From positions 4,416 to 68,415 of the forward strand of contig JABIBU010000027.1 of the NCBI GenBank assembly GCA_018652595.1: 64,000 nucleotides of DNA. Direction: 5' to 3'. Shown piece after piece: positions 57,701 through 64,000 of this stretch; position 1 is the stretch's first letter; every line of letters begins with the position of its first letter. The notes below the pieces were generated by a model that saw only the letters and a list, made by a program, of their open reading frames with translations, searched no databases and had not been told where the DNA came from. The DNA is from Candidatus Magasanikiibacteriota bacterium (GTDB taxonomy: Bacteria; Patescibacteriota; Patescibacteriia; Magasanikbacterales; UBA922). Both the position numbers and the translations under genes were made by a program.

Positions 57701-60700
57701 GAAACATCACCACTTTCACCAGTACCATTATCCCAATCAAAAGTACCAGTCATATCAAAAACATCACCATCTACGTACTCAGTATAAGCCTTATGAAAAC
57801 TTTGATAAGGACTTCCGGAAGAACCAACGCCAGTAGAATCATCACCAGTAGAAGAATTAACATAAATTGTTATTGGTGTATAACTAGCTTGAGTGTTGGG
57901 ATTATTGGTGCTAGTGCTGGTTAGATATACAGTACCGTCAGATACACCTTCACCATTATATTCAAAAATTTGTATAATATAATCTGTGCTAGCAGTAAGA
58001 CCAGTAACATCTACAGTTGTATCCGTACCATCATATATAGTATACCAACCTGTTGAACCAATTTGCTGACCTGAGGCAAAAACAGAACTAGCTGTATACA
58101 TAGTTCCATCTACTGGACTAGCCGTACCAGAGCTTGCCTGTTTCATAAAAGCCACACGGCGAGAACCATTTCCATTTGTCCAATCAATTGTCATACTCGT
58201 CCGAATAATTGAAGAAAATGAAACTTCAGAAGCTTGAGTTGTTGGAGCACTTATTGCTGCTAAACCTGTACCATCAAATTCAAAAGCACCAATGTCAGTT
58301 AAACCGCTTCTGCCAGCACGACGCTGGTCAAGGGATGGAATACTAATACTATTATTTGCAGTTGTGGTGGCATTATTAATAGCAACACTGTCAGAATATA
58401 GTGAGATAGAGTGAGTTTGGTTTAAACTACCATGCAAGGCACCTTCTGCACTCATGTTTAATGTACCAGTAGTAGAGGAACCATAAAAAGTAAATATATC
58501 GTCATTATCAGAATCATACCAATCCCCTGTTGTAGAAGTAAATCCGAAAGCAATTCCACCAATAACATTGTACCCATTATTAACAAGGGTGCCGGATCCA
58601 CCAACAAATAGATCATTGTAATCATCTGCTGAATTACCAGCTATAATAGTATTGGAAAGATAAAGTGTGCCAGCACTAATATAAACACCTCCACCATATT
58701 CATCTATCAAATTATTTGTAATAGTACTGTTGGTTATAGTAGCGGTACCATTGTGAATACATACACCTCCCCCACCATCTGCCCCACCAGATGTATTTTG
58801 ATTATTATAAATACTTGAATTTGTAATGATCAAATTTCCAGTTGAAGAAGAAAAATATATACCAGCCCCATAACCATTATAAATAGAATCAATATTATCA
58901 AAGAGAGCTGAATTTGTAAGAGTTAAATTACCAAGAGCATAGATACCAAAACCATAACCGCCATAAACTCTACAGCCATATATATCTGAATTATTAAGAG
59001 TTACATTTGAACCAGATTCGGAATTTATACAACCACCACTCCAACCAGTACTGTCAGTTTCTCCATAACGAATAGTACTACTATTTACTGTAAAAGAATA
59101 CCCATCATAAATAGTGAAAACACGCTTATTACTTGAGTCAATTACTGAATCGGATTGAAAAATGGTCGAAGAAGCACCATGGCCGTTAATAGTTATATTT
59201 TTTTGTATTCTATAACCATAACTTGTAACATCACCGGTTTCGCCAGCACCATTATCCCAATCAAAAGTACCACTAGCGTCAATTGAATCGCCACTAATCG
59301 CTTCTGAGTATGCCTTATAAAATGTTTTATATGGACTACCAGAAGTACCATCACCGGTAGAATCATTACCAGTGTCTGAATTAGTATAAATAGTAGCGGC
59401 TGTATGACTAGCTTGTGCTTTTGGATTATCGGTAGAGGTAGACGTCAAATAAACAATTCCACTTTCTGTTCCAACACCATGGTATTCAAAAACTTGAATA
59501 ATATAATCAGTACTTGAACTCAACCCAGTAATATCCACAGTTGTACCCGTACCATCATAAATGGCATACCAACCAGTAGCATCAATTTGATCACCACTAC
59601 CAAAAACAGAACTGGCGGAATACATAGTTCCATCAGCCGGCGTACTAGTGCCAGTACTAGCCTCTTTCATGAAAGCCACACGGCGAGAACCATTTCCATT
59701 TGTCCAACTAGCAGTGTAGGTGTAAAGTTCAACAGAACTATATGTGATATCATACGCTTGAGTTGTTGGAGCACTCGGAGAAGATAAGCCAGAACCATTA
59801 TATTCAAAAGCACCAATGTCTGTTGCTCCGCTTCTGCCAGCACCACGTTGATCTAAGGCAGGAATACTTACTCCATTATTAGCAGTTGTAGTAGCGTTAT
59901 TAATGGCAATACTGTTTGTATAAATAGCAACTGTATGAGTTTGGTTTAAAGATTCATTTAAATTTCCACCGCCAGAATTTAAATTAAGAGTACCCGTAGT
60001 ACTTGATCCATTTAAAATATAGACATCATCATTGTCACTATCATACCAATCACCTGTAGTAGATACAAAACCATTTGAAGCACCTATTACATTGTATCCA
60101 TTGTTGTTTAGTGTGGCAGATGCGCCTTTGAATATATTATAATTACTTCCAGATGAATATCTAATAGTATTGCCAGCAACAATTGTATTGGAAAGATTTA
60201 AAACAGCCGTAGCACTATTAAAAAAAATACCACCATTATAATAGCTTTCATTGCCTGTAATAGTACTATTGGTAATAGTTGCAGTACCACTAGAAAGATA
60301 CAGACCTCCACCATAACTACTGCCACCAGTATTTTCATTACCATAAATAGATGAATTGGTAATAACTAAATTACCAGTAGATGTAGAGAAAAATATTCCC
60401 ATACCAAGACCATTGTAGGCATAATCAACATTGTTATAAATAGATGAATTGGTAATTGTAAGATCCCCCAAACTATAAATGGCCAGACCATAACCTGCAT
60501 AAAATTTACATCCAGTTACTTCGGAATTATTCAAAGTAACGCTTGATCCAGAATAAGAATAGAGACACCCTCCACTATTATTAGGCTCGCCATAACGAAT
60601 AGTACTACTAGAAATACTTAGAGAGTAACCATCATAAGTGGTAAACACGCGCCTGTCAGATGAATCAACTGTCGAAGCAGATTGAAAAATAGTCGAAGAA

Positions 60701-61011
60701 GCACCATGACCAATAATATCAACGTCTTTATCATCAATTTTAAAACCATAATCAGATGAATCGCCTGTTTCACCAGCATCTGACCAAGTAAAAGTACCGT
60801 GCGCATCAATAGTGTCGCCCGAACTAGCTGCATTATAAGCTTCGTTAAAAGTATTATATGGCTCTGCCTCTGTACCACTTTCTGTTCCTGAATAACTACT
60901 ACTCGTGTAAACAGTCGCTGCTTCAACAGAACTTAAACCAAAAAACAAAAAGAAAGTAACAAAAGATACCAAAAAATACTTTTTGTGTTTAAAACAAATT
61001 TTTTTTATCAT
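54760..61011 (-). CDS. Giant secreted surface protein (2083 aa): signal peptide, three tandem about 480-aa units of right-handed parallel beta-helix plus FN3-like domain, two bacterial Ig-like domains, Thr/Ser-rich linker, C-terminal peptidoglycan-binding (PG_binding_1-like) domain
   Basis: Internal triplication (…NSSIYNN…ITNSTIT…GNGSRRVAFMK…DYIIQ[VI]FEY…). Ig-like LSPVDNATGV… ×2. C-terminus LEFGMVGDDVRELQKYLN…LIKFQ. Confidence 0.8.
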   Translation of the reverse strand: MIKKICFKHKKYFLVSFVTFFLFFGLSSVEAATVYTSSSYSGTESGTEAEPYNTFNEAYNAASSGDTIDAHGTFTWSDAGETGDSSDYGFKIDDKDVDIIGHGASSTIFQSASTVDSSDRRVFTTYDGYSLSISSSTIRYGEPNNSGGCLYSYSGSSVTLNNSEVTGCKFYAGYGLAIYSLGDLTITNSSIYNNVDYAYNGLGMGIFFSTSTGNLVITNSSIYGNENTGGSSYGGGLYLSSGTATITNSTITGNESYYNGGIFFNSATAVLNLSNTIVAGNTIRYSSGSNYNIFKGASATLNNNGYNVIGASNGFVSTTGDWYDSDNDDVYILNGSSTTGTLNLNSGGGNLNESLNQTHTVAIYTNSIAINNATTTANNGVSIPALDQRGAGRSGATDIGAFEYNGSGLSSPSAPTTQAYDITYSSVELYTYTASWTNGNGSRRVAFMKEASTGTSTPADGTMYSASSVFGSGDQIDATGWYAIYDGTGTTVDITGLSSSTDYIIQVFEYHGVGTESGIVYLTSTSTDNPKAQASHTAATIYTNSDTGNDSTGDGTSGSPYKTFYKAYSEAISGDSIDASGTFDWDNGAGETGDVTSYGYRIQKNITINGHGASSTIFQSDSVIDSSNKRVFTIYDGYSFTVNSSTIRYGETDSTGWSGGCINSESGSNVTLNNSDIYGCRVYGGYGFGIYALGNLTLTNSALFDNIDSIYNGYGAGIYFSSSTGNLIITNSSIYNNQNTSGGADGGGGVCIHNGTATITNSTITNNLIDEYGGGVYISAGTLYLSNTIIAGNSADDYNDLFVGGSGTLVNNGYNVIGGIAFGFTSTTGDWYDSDNDDIFTFYGSSTTGTLNMSAEGALHGSLNQTHSISLYSDSVAINNATTTANNSISIPSLDQRRAGRSGLTDIGAFEFDGTGLAAISAPTTQASEVSFSSIIRTSMTIDWTNGNGSRRVAFMKQASSGTASPVDGTMYTASSVFASGQQIGSTGWYTIYDGTDTTVDVTGLTASTDYIIQIFEYNGEGVSDGTVYLTSTSTNNPNTQASYTPITIYVNSSTGDDSTGVGSSGSPYQSFHKAYTEYVDGDVFDMTGTFDWDNGTGESGDVSGYGYRIYKDITIIGHGASSTIFQPNSTIESSNKRIFTVYDGYSLVINSSTVRYGDPNSTGWNGGCLYGSAGSDVTINNSEVHSCKIYGGYGFGMNMLGNLTITNSAIYNNVDYVYNGYGAGIYFSSSTGNLILTNSTIYGNQNTAGGSDGGGGVYIGSGTAHITNCTITDNSIDDYGGGIGMSGSATLYLSNSIVAGNSADVYKDISVAGTFHNNGYNIIGHANSNFTSTTGDWTDQDENDVYELYGISTTGTLSLDSSAALNSSLNDTRTYALLADSIAINNATSTANNSISIPTIDQRGGTLAGAARDIGAFEYESLADVTDPILSSLSPVDNATGVGVDSTFTITFNEDIVTSTGNIVVYKTSDDSVVETIDVTGTKVTTSGSTALVINPSTTLDSEIEYYITIATTAVDDTSGNSYAGITASTTWSFTSADVDSPSVTSISSDKANNTYKAGEVIDIDIVFSEVVTSTGNITVTLETGDTDQTCTFSVINSTTGTCNYTVQAGDNSLDLNATLSGTITDGSGNSTTTLTASTDLATNKALVIDTTAPTATLSPLDGATSVSISQNLEITFNEDIVTSTGNFIIYKISDDTVVETIVATSTQLSISGAIATINPTSDFDYETEYYITIASTLFDDTVGNSYAGISASTTWSFTSADTPTCPTISNASTYNAYPTCGVATCSSGYTLTNGACVANSSGVATPVPVPTVGIGTADTVVPMGSTGDAGTISQAGTNIATYINTPTNFQTTVSNHGSYTAQQHTVEIIEFDLFDNIVTIRVSSEPQIIILKLEEIMEVDLDNDNIKDIKIKFEDVVKNRAELTVQSILEDLEEVSELEQNDYEGKLIKYGNSPKVYKVENSKKCWIVDEQAFNHFGYKWSDLFIIDTEIKFEDGKNIIKPSNNFGFSQNLEFGMVGDDVRELQKYLNNNGFLVDTTGVGSPGNESIYFGSLTQSALIKFQQSVGLPAYGYFGPMTRAVIQ

Positions 61012-61131
61012 AATAAATAGCTATCTTATTTTTTAACAATTTAATTATAGCACATATTTAAGGAGTAAGAAAGTTTTTCTGTGTACAAAAAAATCCAGTA
61101 AATTAATACCAGATTTTCAGTTAAAATATAA

Positions 61132-62139
61132 TTATTTCTTCCTCCCTGCCAACTGACCACAGGCGGCCTTTATATCTTGGCCAAACTCATGGCGCTCTGT
61201 TACTTTTATACCTTCACGCAATAAAATATTTTTAAATTTTCTAATTGATGTAGCAGTAGATGGTCTAAATCTACCACCAGTTGGGTTGTAACGAATTAGA
61301 TTCACTACATAGAGAGGGTGCTTCATTAGTCCTGCAAGCTCTTTGGCATGATATTCAGAATCATTTACACCATCAATAAGTAAATATTCAAACATTACTT
61401 GTCTGCTTCTCTTTTCTACATAATTTTCAATTGCTTCAAACAATTGATTTAGTGAATATTTTCTAGCAACTGGCATCAGCTCTGCTCTTAATTTATCATT
61501 TGATGCATGTAATGATATTGCCAGATTGATTTGCATTTTTTCATTGGCAAACTTATTTATTTCTTCTACAATTCCGGCAGTAGAAACAGAAATATGTCTA
61601 GCCCCAATATTAAAAGCTTCTTTATCATTTAGAATCTTTATTGACTCCATTACATTATCGAAATTTAAGAACGGCTCACCCATTCCCATGAATACTACAT
61701 TGGTTATATTTTTTTCTGATTTATTTTCTTTCAAATAACGTGCAAATAATAAAACTTGTAAAATTATTTCAGACACTGTCAAATCACGCTTAAAACCCAT
61801 TTTTCCAGTCGCACAAAATGCACAACCCAGAGCACAGCCCACTTGAGAAGATAAGCAAATAGTATTACGCCCATCTTTATGACGAAGTAAAACTGTTTCT
61901 ATCTTTTGGTCGTCTTCTAGAGTTAATAGCGCTTTTACTGATTCGCTTTTTTCCGAACCAAAAATCTCAGCTTCCACATCTAAAGAACACTCTGAATTTA
62001 AAACCTCTCGCAAATCTTTTGGTAGAGTCGTATTGTCATTCCAATCACTTATCAGATCAACAAAAACAGCCTTCCAAGCCTGTTTAAAGCGGAATTTTGG
62101 CTGACCTGCTAGTACTATTTGTAGACCTTTTAGATTCAT
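61132..62139 (-). CDS. rlmN: 23S rRNA/tRNA (adenine-C2)-methyltransferase, radical SAM RlmN/Cfr family
   Basis: CLSSQVGCALGCAFCATG radical SAM cluster motif. Start taken at MNLKGLQIVLAGQPKFRFKQ. The track ORF extends 35 codons upstream. Confidence 0.85.
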   Translation of the reverse strand: MNLKGLQIVLAGQPKFRFKQAWKAVFVDLISDWNDNTTLPKDLREVLNSECSLDVEAEIFGSEKSESVKALLTLEDDQKIETVLLRHKDGRNTICLSSQVGCALGCAFCATGKMGFKRDLTVSEIILQVLLFARYLKENKSEKNITNVVFMGMGEPFLNFDNVMESIKILNDKEAFNIGARHISVSTAGIVEEINKFANEKMQINLAISLHASNDKLRAELMPVARKYSLNQLFEAIENYVEKRSRQVMFEYLLIDGVNDSEYHAKELAGLMKHPLYVVNLIRYNPTGGRFRPSTATSIRKFKNILLREGIKVTERHEFGQDIKAACGQLAGRKK

Positions 62140-62285
62140 ATAAAGTATTTTTTTAGATATCCTTTGTGAGGATGTCCAATTATACCTGAGTAAAGACAGA
62201 TTGTCAACAGTGCAGTCATTATAGCAGACTTTTGCCATTGACAAAAGGTGTATATTAGTATATAATCAGCCAGTTAACTAGATAG

Positions 62286-63761
62286 ATGGCAAAACAAGTA
62301 AAAAATATGTCAGAAGAAGTAATCCTCAGATTTGACAATGTAATGTTTGAATATACAAAAAGAAAGCCCATCATTGATGAGGTGTCTTTTAGTGTTCGAA
62401 AAGGTTCCAAACTAACCTTAATGGGCCAAAATGGAGCTGGAAAAAGTACTATTTTCAAATTGATAACTGGAGATATAAAACCAACGGAAGGAGAGGTCTT
62501 TGAGAACAATAACGCAACTATTGCTACGGCTTCACAGATGATTGAAAAGGATGACATGGAATTGACTGTTGAACAATATTTTTCAAAAGCCTTTGGCGAT
62601 GTGCCTGGTAATATTCGAAGTCAAATAAGCAAAGCAATGAATGCTGTAAACCTAGACGTTCCGATTGATCTGAAAGTTGGTGCTCTGTCAGGTGGACAAC
62701 AAGCTAGAATCTTGTTAGCCTTTGCCCTTATCCAAAAGCCTGATATCTTACTTCTCGATGAGCCTACAAATAATCTTGATAAAGATGGTATTGATCATCT
62801 CATTCAATTTTTGATAATGTATGACAAGACTGTTATTGTTATTTCTCATGATGCTGATTTTTTGAATTGTTTTACCGAGGGTGTTATATATCTTGATGTG
62901 TTTACAAAAAAAGTAGAGACTTATGTTGGTGATTATTATTCTGTAGTAGAAGAAATAAATAAAAGAATTGAGCGAGAAGTAAAGAAAAACGCCCAACTCA
63001 AAAAAGAAATTATAGACAACAAAGAAAAGGTAAACTTTTTTGCCAACAAGGGTGGAAAGATGCGTAAGCTTGCCAGTAAGCTAAAAGAAGAGATAGAAGA
63101 TCTCGAAGAAAACAAAGTAGATGTGAGACGCGAAGATAAGACTATTAGAGAGTTTACTATTCCAGCCCAAGGAATTATTGGCGAGGTAGTAAAAATAAAG
63201 GCACTGAAAGTGATCAAAAATCATCAGGCTGTAATAAAAGAAGTAGATATAACTTTGCGACAAAGAGACAGACTGCTTATTTCTGGACCAAATGGTATTG
63301 GCAAAAGCACATTACTTCGATCTCTAGTAGAAAATAAAGACAAAGAGTCTACTGAAATTTTGGAAAATACTACTGTTGGATATTATAGCCAAGATTTTGC
63401 CACACTAGACTACGGACAGACTGTTTTTGACTCATTGCAAGACGCAATGGCAGACGGAATTGATACGCAGGAAATGCGTTCTATTGCTGCTGGTTTTTTG
63501 ATTACTGGAGAACTAATGGGATTGGATATTTCCCACCTATCAGAAGGACAAAAGGGCTTACTATCTTTTGCTAGATTAGTATTGATGAAACCAGGCTTAC
63601 TTGTACTAGATGAACCAACCAATCATATAAATTTTCGTCACATCCCAATCATCGCCAAGGCTATCAATAAATATGAAGGTACTATTATCCTTATTAGCCA
63701 CATGCCTGATTTTGTAAAGGAAATTGAATTTGAAAATCAACTCAACTTGGGGAGGATGTAA
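62286..63761 (+). CDS. ABC-F family tandem-ATPase (two NBDs, no TMD)
   Basis: Walker A GQNGAGKST / GPNGIGKST. Two LSGGQ signatures. Charged inter-domain linker. Confidence 0.8.
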   Translation: MAKQVKNMSEEVILRFDNVMFEYTKRKPIIDEVSFSVRKGSKLTLMGQNGAGKSTIFKLITGDIKPTEGEVFENNNATIATASQMIEKDDMELTVEQYFSKAFGDVPGNIRSQISKAMNAVNLDVPIDLKVGALSGGQQARILLAFALIQKPDILLLDEPTNNLDKDGIDHLIQFLIMYDKTVIVISHDADFLNCFTEGVIYLDVFTKKVETYVGDYYSVVEEINKRIEREVKKNAQLKKEIIDNKEKVNFFANKGGKMRKLASKLKEEIEDLEENKVDVRREDKTIREFTIPAQGIIGEVVKIKALKVIKNHQAVIKEVDITLRQRDRLLISGPNGIGKSTLLRSLVENKDKESTEILENTTVGYYSQDFATLDYGQTVFDSLQDAMADGIDTQEMRSIAAGFLITGELMGLDISHLSEGQKGLLSFARLVLMKPGLLVLDEPTNHINFRHIPIIAKAINKYEGTIILISHMPDFVKEIEFENQLNLGRM

Positions 63762-63775
63762 AAATATTTAGAAAA

Positions 63776-63858
63776 AACAAAAACCTATTCGCGATATCCT
63801 CCATATCTTTTTCCAAAAATATTTAGAAAAAAATATGGTGTGCGAATAGGTTTTTATA
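63776..63858. repeat. Inverted repeat AAAAACCTATTCGC … GCGAATAGGTTTTT (14 bp arms, about 55 bp apart) with internal direct repeat AAAATATTTAGAAAAAA ×2
   Basis: Read directly. Lies at the boundary between the ABC-F gene and the terminal GC-rich segment. Confidence 0.5.
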
Positions 63859-64000
63859 TTCTCGCATCCCCCACAGCCACAATTGTGATGGCAAGATACG
63901 TTTCACCTCCTTGTCTGGTTTTACTTCCTCATCAAATCTTGGACATCTCTTTCACGATCGCCATGACCAGGCGACAAAACGGCTCTTTCATGCGCTCGCC

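Noticed and set aside
55414-60926. Small ORFs inside the giant surface-protein gene (55414..55635, 59587..59787, 60618..60926), and the internal DNA repeats considered as a CRISPR-like or tandem repeat array
   Set aside because: The repeats are about 1.4-kb diverged protein-domain duplications. They are not short direct repeats with spacers. The internal ORFs are antisense or alternate-frame artefacts.

Overview
This is an AT-rich (~35% GC) bacterial chromosomal segment in which almost every gene lies on the minus strand. Native genes have no Shine-Dalgarno sequence. The gene content is consistent with a small-genome, CPR/Patescibacteria-like organism, but that is inference. Content includes a 2083-aa repetitive surface protein, many small membrane proteins and redox fusions.

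Housekeeping content: proS; a UvrD-like helicase-nuclease fusion; a complete F1Fo ATP synthase operon (atpB-E-F-H-A-G-D-C) preceded by an AtpZ-like gene; tatD; metG; rsmI; an Rrf2-regulator/cysteine desulfurase/IscU-NifU/ferredoxin Fe-S cluster; glutaredoxin; thiI; ccdA; a cupredoxin-thioredoxin fusion; a DUF3179 protein; uvrC-uvrA-uvrB; a CapA-like metallophosphatase; an Nramp-like transporter; greA; typA; a DEAD-box helicase; an MBL+M23 peptidase fusion; rlmN; and an ABC-F ATPase.

A tRNA-Asn(GUU) is interrupted in its anticodon loop by a 314-nt group I intron and is driven by a perfect TTGACA-17-TATAAT promoter.

The most striking feature is a set of at least seven small cassettes that differ sharply from the host genes. 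Each is GC-rich (43-58%). Each has its own near-consensus sigma70 promoter, a strong GGAGG-type Shine-Dalgarno sequence and a rho-independent terminator. They sit at about 8.6-9.0 kb, 10.6-11.3 kb, 18.2-18.6 kb, 19.4-20.1 kb, 31.0-32.0 kb, 46.6-48.5 kb and 52.7-54.7 kb, with a possible eighth at the window end. They look like a dispersed set of horizontally acquired one- or two-gene modules. Their products include a Cys-rich myxo-type repeat lipoprotein, a UbiA-family prenyltransferase fusion, zinc-ribbon proteins, a 39-aa hydrophobic peptide, and a divergent pair of a membrane protein and a soluble protein.

At least three families of short intergenic repeat or palindromic elements are present, plus a family of tiny Cys-rich peptides sharing an acidic DLPxEEE tail.

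No CRISPR array, rRNA gene, transposase or integrase was found.
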